Shown one piece after another: positions 22,420-33,149 of a DNA stretch of 64,000 bases; the stretch's first letter is position 1; each line of letters begins with the position of its first letter. The stretch is taken from assembly GCF_016026235.1 (NCBI RefSeq), contig NZ_CP065613.1; one strand, written 5' to 3'. A program made the position numbers and the translations under genes. A model generated the notes under the pieces. The model worked only from the letters and a program-made list of their open reading frames with translations, was not told where the DNA came from and made no database searches. The stretch comes from Escherichia coli. GTDB taxonomy: Bacteria; Pseudomonadota; Gammaproteobacteria; Enterobacterales; Enterobacteriaceae.

Positions 22420-25242
22420 TTACAGCATCGGCTTGAGGAAGCGTGCCGTATGCGAAGCTTCGCACTCCGCGACGGTTTCTGGCGTACCGGAGACGAGGAT
22501 TTCGCCGCCGCCACTGCCGCCTTCTGGTCCCAGGTCGACAATCCAGTCAGCGGTTTTGATCACGTCGAGATTGTGCTCAATCACCACAATGGTATTGCCC
22601 TGATCGCGCAGTTTATGCAGCACGTCGAGGAGTTGCTGAATATCGGCGAAGTGCAGACCGGTGGTCGGCTCGTCGAGAATATACAGCGTCTGCCCGGTGC
22701 CGCGTTTTGACAGCTCACGCGCCAGCTTCACGCGCTGGGCTTCACCACCAGAAAGTGTGGTTGCGGACTGCCCCAGGCGAATGTACGTCAGACCAACGTC
22801 CATCAACGTTTGCAGCTTACGCGCCAGAGCTGGCACCGCATCAAAGAACTCACGCGCCTCTTCGATGGTCATATCCAGCACTTCGTGGATGGTTTTGCCT
22901 TTGTACTTAATTTCCAGCGTTTCACGGTTATAGCGTTTACCTTTGCACTGATCGCACGGCACGTAGATATCCGGCAGGAAGTGCATCTCCACTTTGATCA
23001 CACCGTCGCCCTGACAGGCTTCGCAGCGCCCGCCACGGACGTTAAAGCTGAAACGTCCTGGCGTATAACCACGCGCACGGGATTCCGGTACGCCCGCAAA
23101 CAGTTCGCGCACAGGTGTAAACACGCCGGTATAGGTCGCCGGGTTAGAACGTGGAGTACGACCAATTGGGCTTTGGTCGATATCGATCACTTTATCGAAA
23201 TGCTCCAGCCCCTGAATATCGCGATACGGTGCCGGTTCGGCGATGGTCGCACCATTCAACTGGCGTTGGGCAATCGGGAACAGTGTGTCGTTAATCAGCG
23301 TCGATTTACCGGAACCTGAAACCCCTGTGATGCAGGTAAACAGACCGACTGGCAGCGTGAGCGTCACGTCCTTCAGGTTGTTGCCGCGTGCGCCTGTCAG
23401 CTTCAGCACTTTTTCCGGATTTGCCGGAACGCGTTTCTTCGGCACTTCAATCTTGCGTTTACCGCTCATGTACTGTCCGGTTAACGACTCCGGCACCGCC
23501 ATAATCGCTTCCAGTGGACCTTCCGCGACCACTTCACCGCCGTGAACACCCGCACCAGGACCGATATCGATCACATGGTCAGCCGCGCGAATCGCGTCTT
23601 CGTCGTGCTCCACCACAATCACGGTATTACCGAGATCGCGCAGATGGATAAGCGTACCCAACAGGCGCTCGTTATCGCGCTGGTGCAGGCCGATAGACGG
23701 CTCGTCCAGCACGTACATAACGCCAACCAGGCCCGCACCAATCTGGCTCGCCAGACGAATACGCTGGGCTTCACCGCCGGAAAGTGTCTCTGCCGAGCGG
23801 GAAAGTGTCAGGTAATTCAGACCGACGTTAACGAGGAATTTCAGGCGATCGCCGATCTCTTTAAGGATTTTTTCCGCAATCTTCGCCCGTTGACCAGCGA
23901 GTTTGAGATTGTTGAAGAATTCCATCGCATGACCGATGCTCATGTCGGAGATAGCAGGCAGCGGCGTATTCTCGACATAAACGTGGCGCGCTTCCCGACG
24001 CAGACGGGTTCCTTCGCAGCTGGCGCACGGACGATTACTGATAAACTTGGCTAATTCTTCACGTACCGCACTGGATTCCGTCTCTTTATAACGGCGCTCC
24101 ATATTGTGCAGCACGCCTTCGAACGGATGACGACGAATGGAGGTATCGCCACGATCGTTCATGTATTTGAATTCAATGTTTTCTTTGCCAGAACCGTACA
24201 ACACCACTTTATGCACGTTCGCGCTCAGGCTGCCCCACGGCGCTTCGACGTCGAACTTATAGTGATCTGCCAGCGATTTCAGCATCTGGAAATAATAGAA
24301 GTTGCGGCGATCCCAGCCACGGATCGCACCGCCAGCCAGCGATAGCTCGGGGTTTTGGATCACGCGGTCAGGATCGAAATATTGCTGTACGCCAAGGCCG
24401 TCACAGGTCGGGCAGGCACCTGCCGGGTTGTTAAACGAAAACAGTCGCGGCTCCAGTTCACGCATACTGTAGCCGCAAATTGGGCAGGCGAAGTTGGCGG
24501 AGAACAGCAGCTCTTCCGCTTTCGGGTCGTCCATATCCGCCACTACCGCGGTACCACCGGAAAGCTCCAGCGCGGTTTCAAACGACTCGGCAAGACGTTG
24601 GGTAAGATCGTCACGCACCTTGAAGCGATCAACCACCACTTCAATAGTGTGTTTCTTTTGCAGTTCCAGTTTCGGCGGATCGGAAAGATCGCAGACTTCG
24701 CCATCAATACGAGCACGGATGTAGCCCTGGCTTGCCAGGTTCTCCAGTGTTTTGGTGTGTTCGCCTTTGCGCTCTTTAATGATTGGCGCGAGCAGCATCA
24801 GACGCTTGCCTTCCGGCTGCGACAGCACGTTATCCACCATCTGGCTGACGGTTTGCGCCGCCAGCGGGACGTCGTGGTCCGGACAGCGCGGTTCGCCAAC
24901 GCGGGCGAACAACAAACGTAAATAGTCGTGGATTTCGGTGATTGTCCCCACCGTAGAACGCGGGTTATGAGACGTCGATTTCTGCTCAATTGAGATGGCA
25001 GGAGAAAGCCCCTCAATATGATCGACGTCCGGCTTTTCCATCAGTGACAGAAACTGCCGCGCGTAGGCGGAAAGGGATTCAACGTAACGGCGCTGCCCTT
25101 CGGCATATAAGGTGTCGAAAGCGAGCGAGGATTTGCCAGAACCCGAAAGCCCGGTCACGACAATGAGCTTGTCGCGGGGGATAACGAGGTTGATGTTTTT
25201 GAGATTATGGGTGCGGGCGCCCCGAACTTCGATCTTATCCAT
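22420..25242 (-). CDS. uvrA: Excinuclease ABC subunit A (940 aa)
   Basis: Protein [53 protein letters not shown]... with two ABC ATPase modules and zinc fingers. Confidence 0.98.
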   Translation of the reverse strand: MDKIEVRGARTHNLKNINLVIPRDKLIVVTGLSGSGKSSLAFDTLYAEGQRRYVESLSAYARQFLSLMEKPDVDHIEGLSPAISIEQKSTSHNPRSTVGTITEIHDYLRLLFARVGEPRCPDHDVPLAAQTVSQMVDNVLSQPEGKRLMLLAPIIKERKGEHTKTLENLASQGYIRARIDGEVCDLSDPPKLELQKKHTIEVVVDRFKVRDDLTQRLAESFETALELSGGTAVVADMDDPKAEELLFSANFACPICGYSMRELEPRLFSFNNPAGACPTCDGLGVQQYFDPDRVIQNPELSLAGGAIRGWDRRNFYYFQMLKSLADHYKFDVEAPWGSLSANVHKVVLYGSGKENIEFKYMNDRGDTSIRRHPFEGVLHNMERRYKETESSAVREELAKFISNRPCASCEGTRLRREARHVYVENTPLPAISDMSIGHAMEFFNNLKLAGQRAKIAEKILKEIGDRLKFLVNVGLNYLTLSRSAETLSGGEAQRIRLASQIGAGLVGVMYVLDEPSIGLHQRDNERLLGTLIHLRDLGNTVIVVEHDEDAIRAADHVIDIGPGAGVHGGEVVAEGPLEAIMAVPESLTGQYMSGKRKIEVPKKRVPANPEKVLKLTGARGNNLKDVTLTLPVGLFTCITGVSGSGKSTLINDTLFPIAQRQLNGATIAEPAPYRDIQGLEHFDKVIDIDQSPIGRTPRSNPATYTGVFTPVRELFAGVPESRARGYTPGRFSFNVRGGRCEACQGDGVIKVEMHFLPDIYVPCDQCKGKRYNRETLEIKYKGKTIHEVLDMTIEEAREFFDAVPALARKLQTLMDVGLTYIRLGQSATTLSGGEAQRVKLARELSKRGTGQTLYILDEPTTGLHFADIQQLLDVLHKLRDQGNTIVVIEHNLDVIKTADWIVDLGPEGGSGGGEILVSGTPETVAECEASHTARFLKPML

Positions 25243-25324
25243 TCACCTTTCCCGGATTAAACGCTTTTTTGCCCGGTGGCATGGTGCTACCGGCGATCAC
25301 AAACGGTTAATTATGACACAAATT

Positions 25325-25346
25325 GACCTGAATGAATATACAGTAT
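25325..25346. promoter_or_regulatory. LexA box shared by the divergent uvrA and ssb promoters
   Basis: Plus strand tgacctgaatgaatatacagta is the reverse complement of the uvrA SOS box TACTGTATATTCATTCAGGTCA (CTG-N10-CAG). Confidence 0.9.
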
Positions 25347-25495
25347 TGGAATGCAATACCCGGAGTGTTGTGTAACAATGTCTGGCCAGGTTTGTTTCCC
25401 GGAACCGAGGTCACTACATAGTAAAAGCGCTATTGGTAATGGTACAATCGCGCGTTTACACTTATTCAGAACGATTTTTTTCAGGAGACACGAAC

Positions 25496-26032
25496 ATGGC
25501 CAGCAGAGGCGTAAACAAGGTTATTCTCGTTGGTAATCTGGGTCAGGACCCGGAAGTACGCTACATGCCAAATGGTGGCGCAGTTGCCAACATTACGCTG
25601 GCTACTTCCGAATCCTGGCGTGATAAAGCGACCGGCGAGATGAAAGAGCAGACTGAATGGCACCGCGTTGTGCTGTTCGGCAAACTGGCAGAAGTGGCCA
25701 GCGAATATCTGCGTAAAGGTTCTCAGGTTTATATCGAAGGTCAGCTGCGTACCCGTAAATGGACCGATCAATCTGGTCAGGATCGCTACACCACAGAAGT
25801 TGTGGTGAACGTTGGCGGCACTATGCAGATGCTGGGTGGTCGTCAGGGTGGTGGCGCTCCGGCAGGTGGCAATATCGGTGGTGGTCAGCCGCAGGGCGGT
25901 TGGGGTCAGCCTCAGCAGCCGCAGGGTGGCAATCAGTTCAGCGGCGGCGCGCAGTCTCGCCCGCAGCAGTCCGCTCCGGCAGCGCCGTCTAACGAGCCGC
26001 CGATGGACTTTGATGATGACATTCCGTTCTGA
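25496..26032 (+). CDS. ssb: Single-stranded DNA-binding protein (178 aa)
   Basis: Protein [44 protein letters not shown]... with Gly/Gln-rich linker and C-terminal DFDDDIPF. Confidence 0.98.
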   Translation: MASRGVNKVILVGNLGQDPEVRYMPNGGAVANITLATSESWRDKATGEMKEQTEWHRVVLFGKLAEVASEYLRKGSQVYIEGQLRTRKWTDQSGQDRYTTEVVVNVGGTMQMLGGRQGGGAPAGGNIGGGQPQGGWGQPQQPQGGNQFSGGAQSRPQQSAPAAPSNEPPMDFDDDIPF

Positions 26033-26130
26033 TTTATCATTAAAACAATAGGTTATATTGTTTTAAGGTGGATGATTAAAGCATCTGCCAGCCATAAAAA
26101 AGAAGCCTCCGTTATGGAGGCTTCTACAGA

Positions 26131-26412
26131 TCAGGTCAAAATCATTGGCCACTGTGGCGGTGTCTGATTCATCTCTTCTATCATCACCGACTCGATGTTG
26201 TGCCAGATGGCGGTGATGTCCGCCATTGTGATGCCAAGCAACCCCATTGCGAACCAGCAGGCGGAAACCACGCCCAGACCGCTGCTGATCACTGCAAGCC
26301 CGACATAATCAGACCGACGAAAACGGATGTTGAGTGTGCTGGCCAGAAACATCATTACGGCACTAAGAAGTTGCCAGCGAAGAAGAACCACGCCAGTGGT
26401 GAGGGTAGCCAT
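26131..26412 (-). CDS. yjcB: Small membrane protein YjcB (93 aa)
   Basis: Protein MATLTTGVVLLRWQLLSAVMMFLASTLNIRFRR...; start trimmed 33 codons from the maximal ORF. Confidence 0.8.
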   Translation of the reverse strand: MATLTTGVVLLRWQLLSAVMMFLASTLNIRFRRSDYVGLAVISSGLGVVSACWFAMGLLGITMADITAIWHNIESVMIEEMNQTPPQWPMILT

Positions 26413-26837
26413 CAAACAATTCCTCTGAAAAGAGCCGATGCCCTGGACAGCGCGGCGTTGTTCACGGGAGGCGTGGTACACTCTGGCTATCGCGGGGCTT
26501 GCAGAACACAAAAATGAAACACTCTGTTTGTTTCATTAATTTTGTGAACTATATCACAATTGATTGTTTGTTAGCCAGATTAGGTCGTGACTTTTATTGC
26601 TGTACAGATTATGTGGTTTTTCTGTGGCATTAAGGGCATATCTTCCCGCCGCCCTGCATTCCTGAAGAAAATTAATTTGAATATCAATGAATTATTTTCA
26701 TCCAGGTGCGATTAAAAAGGTATCAATTTCAAATCAGGCAAAAGTGCTATTTATACCGTAAGATTTATCTAAAGACGTCGGTAGCCAGGGTTTCACCTTG
26801 CAATGGCCGGGTATAAACAGGCAGGAAATTGATAGCA

Positions 26838-28424
26838 ATGAGTCATCGTGCACGACACCAATTACTGGCGTTGCCGGGCATTATCTTTTTAGTTCTCTTT
26901 CCCATCATTCTTTCGCTATGGATTGCCTTCCTTTGGGCAAAATCAGAAGTGAATAATCAGCTCCGAACCTTTGCTCAACTGGCACTGGATAAATCCGAGC
27001 TGGTCATTCGCCAGGCAGATTTAGTGAGCGATGCAGCAGAACGCTATCAGGGGCAAGTTTGCTCTCCAGCCCATCAAAAGCGAATGTTAAATATTATTCG
27101 TGGCTATCTTTATATTAATGAATTGATCTATGCCCGTGATAACCATTTTTTATGCTCATCACTGATAGCGCCTGTAAACGGCTATACGATTGCACCGGCC
27201 GATTATAAGCGTGAACCTAACGTTTCTATCTATTATTACCGCGATACGCCTTTTTTCTCTGGCTATAAAATGACCTATATGCAGCGGGGAAATTATGTGG
27301 CGGTTATCAACCCTCTCTTCTGGAGTGAAGTGATGTCTGATGACCCGACATTGCAATGGGGTGTGTATGATACGGTGACGAAAACCTTTTTCTCGTTAAG
27401 CAACGAGGCCTCGGCAGCAACGTTTTCTCCGCTGATTCATTTGAAGGATTTAACCGTACAAAGAAATGGCTATTTATATGCGACAGTTTATTCGACAAAA
27501 CGCCCAATTGCAGCCATTGTTGCGACTTCATATCAACGTCTTATAGCCCATTTTTATAATCATCTTATTTTTGCGTTACCCGCCGGTATTTTGGGGAGTC
27601 TTGTTCTGCTATTACTCTGGCTACGTATTCGACAAAACTATTTGTCTCCCAAACGCAAATTGCAACGCGCCCTCGAAAAACATCAGCTTTGCCTTTATTA
27701 CCAGCCAATAATTGATATCAAAACAGAAAAATGTATCGGCGCTGAAGCGTTGTTACGTTGGCCTGGTGAACAGGGGCAAGTAATGAATCCGGCAGAGTTT
27801 ATTCCGCTGGCAGAAAAGGAGGGGATGATCGAACAGGTAACTGATTATGTTATTGATAATGTCTTCCGCGATCTGGGCGCGTACCTTGCAACACATGCTG
27901 ATCGCTATGTTTCTATTAATCTGTCGGCCTCCGATTTTCATACGTCACGGTTGATAGCGCGAATCAATCAGAAAACAGAGCAATACGCGGTGCGTCCACA
28001 GCAAATTAAATTTGAAGTGACTGAACATGCATTTCTTGATGTCGACAAAATGACGCCGATTATTCTGGCTTTCCGCCAGGCCGGTTACGAAGTGGCAATT
28101 GATGATTTTGGTATTGGCTACTCTAACTTGCATAACCTTAAATCATTGAATGTCGATATTTTGAAAATCGACAAATCGTTTGTTGAGACGCTGACCACCC
28201 ATAAAACCAGTCATTTGATTGCGGAACATATCATCGAGCTGGCGCACAGCCTGGGGTTAAAAACAATCGCTGAAGGCGTCGAAACGGAGGAGCAGGTTAA
28301 CTGGCTGCGCAAACGCGGCGTGCGCTATTGCCAGGGCTGGTTTTTTGCGAAGGCGATGCCGCCGCAGGTGTTTATGCAATGGATGGAGCAATTACCCGCG
28401 CGGGAGTTAACGCGCGGGCAATAA
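26838..28424 (+). CDS. pdeC: c-di-GMP phosphodiesterase PdeC (CSS-motif sensor plus EAL domain, 528 aa)
   Basis: Two N-terminal transmembrane segments flanking a periplasmic domain, C-terminal EAL domain (...[20 protein letters not shown]...); ATG at 26838. Confidence 0.88.
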
Positions 28425-28426
28425 AA

Positions 28427-28750
28427 CTACAGGCGGTGGCGATAATCGCTGGGAGTGCGATCAAACTGCCGACGGAAAACGCGGGAGAAGGTCTGCTGAG
28501 AGACATAACCCAGGTCCATTGCGATATCAAAAATCGGACGCTCGGTGGTGCGCAACTCAACGGCGGCCAGTAACAGACGGCGTTGACGAATGTAATCGCC
28601 AAGCGTCTGATGCGTCACCGTGCGGAACATCCGTTGCAGGTACCACTTTGAATAGCCTGATTTTTTTGCGACGACATCAATGTTAAGCGGCTGGTCAATA
28701 TGCTCGTCAATCCATGCGATAAGATCCTGAATAATTTTCTGATGGGACAT
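28427..28750 (-). CDS. soxS: Superoxide-response transcriptional activator SoxS (107 aa)
   Basis: Protein MSHQKIIQDLIAWIDEHIDQPLNIDVVAKKSGYSKWYLQRMFR... (AraC family). Confidence 0.97.
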   Translation of the reverse strand: MSHQKIIQDLIAWIDEHIDQPLNIDVVAKKSGYSKWYLQRMFRTVTHQTLGDYIRQRRLLLAAVELRTTERPIFDIAMDLGYVSQQTFSRVFRRQFDRTPSDYRHRL

Positions 28751-28806
28751 AAATCTGCCTCTTTTCAGTGTTCAGTTCGTTAATTCATCTGTTGGGGAGT
28801 ATAATT

Positions 28807-28824
28807 CCTCAAGTTAACTTGAGG
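28807..28824. promoter_or_regulatory. SoxR operator in the soxS promoter
   Basis: Perfect palindrome cctcaagttaacttgagg between divergent soxS and soxR, where the SoxR site is known to lie. Confidence 0.85.
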
Positions 28825-28835
28825 TAAAGCGATTT

Positions 28836-29300
28836 ATGGAAAAGAAATTACCCCGCATTAAAGCGCTGCTAACCCCCAGCGAAGTGGCGAAACGCAGCGG
28901 TGTGGCGGTATCGGCGCTGCATTTCTATGAAAGCAAAGGGTTGATTACCAGTGTCCGTAATAGCGGCAATCAGCGCCGATATAAACGTGATGTGTTGCGA
29001 TATGTCGCAATTATCAAAATTGCTCAGCGTATTGGCATTCCGCTGGCGACCATTGGTGAAGCGTTTGGCGTGTTGCCCGAAGGGCATACGTTAAGTGCGA
29101 AAGAGTGGAAACAGCTTTCGTCCCAATGGCGAGAAGAGTTGGATCGGCGCATTCATACCTTAGTGGCGCTGCGTGACGAATTGGATGGATGTATTGGTTG
29201 TGGCTGCCTTTCGCGCAGTGATTGCCCGTTGCGTAACCCGGGCGACCGCTTAGGAGAAGAAGGTACCGGCGCACGCTTGCTGGAAGATGAACAAAACTAA
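28836..29300 (+). CDS. soxR: Redox-sensing [2Fe-2S] regulator SoxR (154 aa)
   Basis: Protein [37 protein letters not shown]... (MerR family) with C-terminal [12 protein letters not shown] cluster motif. Confidence 0.97.
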   Translation: MEKKLPRIKALLTPSEVAKRSGVAVSALHFYESKGLITSVRNSGNQRRYKRDVLRYVAIIKIAQRIGIPLATIGEAFGVLPEGHTLSAKEWKQLSSQWREELDRRIHTLVALRDELDGCIGCGCLSRSDCPLRNPGDRLGEEGTGARLLEDEQN

Positions 29301-29435
29301 AGCGCCACAAGGGCGCTTTAGTTTGTTTTCCGGTCTTTGTCTTTCTCTCTATCCCGCTGGTACACAGGAGGGTTTCCCCCGACGTCAACACACCTCATTC
29401 GAGCACGTGGTGGAGGTTCCGGTTGGTGTTGATGC
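29295..29435 (-). ncRNA. ryjA: Candidate small RNA (RyjA-like) convergent with soxR
   Basis: I recall a ~140-nt sRNA between soxR and ghxP on the opposite strand in K-12; the hairpin at the soxR stop (aaagcgccacaagggcgcttt) is followed by a U-rich tract on both strands. Ends not determined. Confidence 0.3.
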
Positions 29436-29845
29436 TTTAATTGTATGTCACCGGCGTTTCTTCGCCAGTGTAAAAGTATACTTTTTAGCCGCAATATTTT
29501 TGTCATCTTAGACGATTTTTTATCGCAATCCTCAACGGTGTACGGCTCGATAACGCTGCAATCTTGCGCATCGACGATAACGTTTGCGCATCAATTGCCT
29601 GGTTTTTCATCGTCAAGACAATAAAAGAGAAAAAAGCAGCAAACTTCGGTTGAAAAAGCCGCTATGATCGCCGGATAATCGTTTGCTTTTTTTACCACCC
29701 GTTTTGTATGCGCGGAGCTAAACGTTTGCTTTTTTGCGACGCAGCAAATTGTCGCAAACCTGGAGCAGGAAGATAACGTTTCGCTGGCAGGGGATTGTCC
29801 GCCACGCATCTTGACGAAAATTAAACTCTCAGGGGATGTTCTCTT

Positions 29846-31195
29846 ATGTCTACGCCATCAGCGCGTACCGGCGGTTCACTCGACGCCTGGTTTAAAATTT
29901 CACAACGTGGAAGCACTGTCCGTCAGGAAGTGGTTGCCGGGTTAACAACGTTTCTGGCGATGGTCTACTCGGTCATCGTCGTTCCAGGTATGTTGGGTAA
30001 AGCAGGCTTCCCGCCTGCGGCAGTTTTCGTTGCAACCTGTCTGGTTGCCGGACTCGGTTCTATCGTGATGGGTCTGTGGGCTAATCTGCCGTTGGCGATT
30101 GGTTGCGCCATCTCCCTGACGGCGTTTACCGCATTCAGCCTGGTGCTGGGGCAACATATTAGCGTACCTGTCGCGCTGGGTGCCGTGTTCCTGATGGGGG
30201 TGCTGTTTACGGTAATTTCTGCCACGGGTATCCGTAGCTGGATTTTGCGCAACTTGCCGCACGGTGTGGCGCACGGCACGGGGATCGGTATCGGTCTGTT
30301 CCTGCTGCTCATTGCCGCTAATGGTGTCGGTCTGGTGATTAAAAACCCGCTTGATGGTCTGCCCGTTGCGCTGGGTGATTTCGCGACCTTCCCGGTGATT
30401 ATGTCACTGGTAGGTCTGGCGGTGATCATCGGCCTGGAAAAACTGAAAGTCCCTGGTGGCATTCTGCTGACCATTATCGGTATCTCAATTGTCGGTTTGA
30501 TCTTCGATCCTAACGTCCATTTCTCCGGCGTTTTCGCCATGCCTTCATTGAGCGATGAAAACGGCAATTCACTGATTGGCAGCCTGGACATTATGGGCGC
30601 GCTGAATCCTGTAGTCCTGCCAAGCGTTCTGGCGCTGGTGATGACGGCAGTATTTGATGCCACCGGAACTATCCGTGCCGTCGCCGGCCAGGCGAACCTA
30701 CTGGATAAAGATGGGCAGATCATCGACGGTGGGAAAGCACTGACCACTGACTCCATGAGCAGCGTTTTCTCTGGCCTGGTGGGTGCTGCTCCGGCAGCGG
30801 TATACATCGAGTCTGCGGCGGGTACGGCGGCGGGCGGTAAAACCGGTTTGACGGCTATCACCGTTGGCGTGCTGTTCCTCCTGATTCTGTTCCTCTCTCC
30901 GCTCTCTTACCTCGTTCCGGGGTATGCAACGGCTCCGGCGCTGATGTACGTTGGCCTGCTGATGCTGAGCAACGTGGCGAAAATCGACTTTGCTGATTTT
31001 GTTGATGCGATGGCGGGTCTGGTTACAGCGGTATTCATCGTGCTGACCTGTAACATCGTAACAGGCATCATGATCGGCTTCGCGACTCTGGTGATTGGTC
31101 GTCTGGTTTCCGGCGAATGGCGCAAGTTGAACATCGGTACGGTCGTTATCGCCGTGGCGCTGGTGACCTTCTATGCGGGTGGCTGGGCTATCTAA
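29846..31195 (+). CDS. ghxP: Guanine/hypoxanthine permease GhxP (NCS2 family, 449 aa)
   Basis: Protein [50 protein letters not shown]... typical of AzgA-like purine permeases. Confidence 0.92.
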
Positions 31196-31207
31196 TCTTT
31201 CATCGGA

Positions 31208-31245
31208 TTCTGAAAACGGGTGGCAATGGCTGCCCGTTTTTATTT
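31208..31245 (+). terminator. Rho-independent terminator after ghxP
   Basis: Hairpin cgggtggcaatggctgcccg followed by ttttatttt. Coordinates approximate. Confidence 0.65.
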
Positions 31246-31346
31246 TCTCCGCACATTGTGTGAGCTTTTGCGATATTCTGAAAAAATGAGAATTCAGGCA
31301 TAACGTCTTTCTCAGATCATAAAAAAACATCGCAAACAGGGAACGC

Positions 31347-32996
31347 ATGGAAATCTTCTTCACCATACTGATAATGACCCTCGTGGTCTCGCTGTCCGGG
31401 GTGGTCACTCGTGTCATGCCCTTTCAGATCCCGCTTCCGCTTATGCAAATCGCCATCGGTGCGCTACTGGCGTGGCCGACGTTTGGTTTGCATGTGGAGT
31501 TTGATCCTGAACTCTTTTTAGTCTTGTTTATCCCGCCGTTGCTGTTCGCTGATGGCTGGAAAACGCCGACCCGTGAATTTCTCGAACATGGTCGAGAGAT
31601 TTTCGGCCTCGCGCTGGCGCTGGTGGTGGTCACCGTGGTCGGCATTGGCTTCCTTATTTACTGGGTGGTGCCGGGCATTCCGCTGATCCCCGCCTTTGCG
31701 CTGGCGGCGGTACTTTCTCCGACCGATGCTGTGGCGCTCTCCGGGATTGTTGGCGAAGGGCGCATCCCGAAAAAAATCATGGGCATTTTGCAGGGCGAAG
31801 CGTTGATGAATGACGCCTCCGGCCTGGTGTCGTTGAAGTTTGCCGTGGCAGTGGCGATGGGGACGATGATCTTCACCGTCGGCGGTGCGACGGTCGAATT
31901 TATGAAAGTAGCCATTGGTGGTATTCTTGCCGGTTTTGTGGTGAGCTGGCTGTACGGTCGCTCGCTGCGATTCCTCAGCCGCTGGGGCGGTGATGAACCC
32001 GCGACGCAGATCGTTCTGCTGTTCTTGCTGCCATTCGCTTCTTATCTGATTGCCGAACATATTGGCGTTTCCGGCATCCTCGCTGCGGTTGCCGCCGGGA
32101 TGACCATCACCCGCTCCGGTGTGATGCGCCGTGCGCCGCTGGCAATGCGCCTGCGCGCAAACAGCACCTGGGCGATGCTGGAATTTGTCTTTAACGGCAT
32201 GGTGTTCCTGCTGTTAGGTCTGCAGCTGCCGGGTATTCTGGAGACGTCGCTGATGGCGGCAGAAATCGACCCTAACGTCGAAATCTGGATGCTGTTTACC
32301 GATATTATTCTGATATATGCGGCGCTGATGCTGGTCCGTTTCGGCTGGCTGTGGACGATGAAAAAGTTCAGCAACCGCTTCCTGAAGAAGAAGCCGATGG
32401 AGTTTGGTTCGTGGACCACACGAGAAATCCTGATCGCGTCTTTCGCCGGGGTGCGTGGGGCGATCACTCTGGCCGGTGTGCTCTCTATCCCGCTGCTCTT
32501 GCCGGATGGTAACGTCTTCCCGGCGCGCTATGAGCTGGTGTTCCTGGCGGCTGGCGTCATTCTCTTCTCGCTGTTTGTCGGCGTGGTGATGTTGCCTATT
32601 CTGCTACAACACATTGAAGTCGCGGACCATTCGCAACAATTGAAAGAAGAACGTATTGCGCGAGCGGCAACGGCAGAAGTGGCGATTGTGGCGATCCAGA
32701 AAATGGAGGAGCGTCTGGCGGCGGATACCGAAGAGAATATCGATAACCAGCTGCTTACGGAGGTCAGTTCTCGCGTCATTGGTAACCTGCGTCGTCGCGC
32801 CGATGGACGTAACGACGTTGAAAGTTCCGTGCAGGAAGAGAACCTTGAGCGTCGCTTCCGTCTGGCGGCATTGCGTTCTGAACGTGCTGAACTGTACCAC
32901 CTGCGCGCCACGCGGGAGATCAGCAACGAAACGCTGCAAAAATTACTGCACGATCTCGATTTGCTTGAAGCGTTGCTAATTGAGGAAAATCAGTAA
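31347..32996 (+). CDS. yjcE: Putative Na+/H+ (cation:proton) antiporter YjcE (549 aa)
   Basis: Polytopic membrane protein with a charged coiled C-terminal tail; synteny ghxP-yjcE-yjcF. Confidence 0.88.
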   Translation: MEIFFTILIMTLVVSLSGVVTRVMPFQIPLPLMQIAIGALLAWPTFGLHVEFDPELFLVLFIPPLLFADGWKTPTREFLEHGREIFGLALALVVVTVVGIGFLIYWVVPGIPLIPAFALAAVLSPTDAVALSGIVGEGRIPKKIMGILQGEALMNDASGLVSLKFAVAVAMGTMIFTVGGATVEFMKVAIGGILAGFVVSWLYGRSLRFLSRWGGDEPATQIVLLFLLPFASYLIAEHIGVSGILAAVAAGMTITRSGVMRRAPLAMRLRANSTWAMLEFVFNGMVFLLLGLQLPGILETSLMAAEIDPNVEIWMLFTDIILIYAALMLVRFGWLWTMKKFSNRFLKKKPMEFGSWTTREILIASFAGVRGAITLAGVLSIPLLLPDGNVFPARYELVFLAAGVILFSLFVGVVMLPILLQHIEVADHSQQLKEERIARAATAEVAIVAIQKMEERLAADTEENIDNQLLTEVSSRVIGNLRRRADGRNDVESSVQEENLERRFRLAALRSERAELYHLRATREISNETLQKLLHDLDLLEALLIEENQ

Positions 32997-33035
32997 GCCG
33001 AAAGCGACGTAACCAGGCCCGAGGTAATCTGAAAA

Positions 33036-33058
33036 AGGTGCAATCTTTTGCACCTTTA
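33036..33058. terminator. Stem-loop between yjcE and yjcF
   Basis: Hairpin aaaggtgcaa-tctt-ttgcaccttt between convergent genes. Confidence 0.65.
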
Positions 33059-33149
33059 ACAGGTTAGCTCGGGCTAACATTCATGATTCTAAAACAAATA
33101 AGTTATCTCTCTTGTAAAGTCAATTCATTGGCTGTTCTTCGATTTAACC

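Noticed and set aside
29965-31417. Two long minus-strand ORFs (298 aa and 239 aa) overlapping ghxP
   Set aside because: Antisense frames of a GC-rich membrane-protein gene; no independent support.
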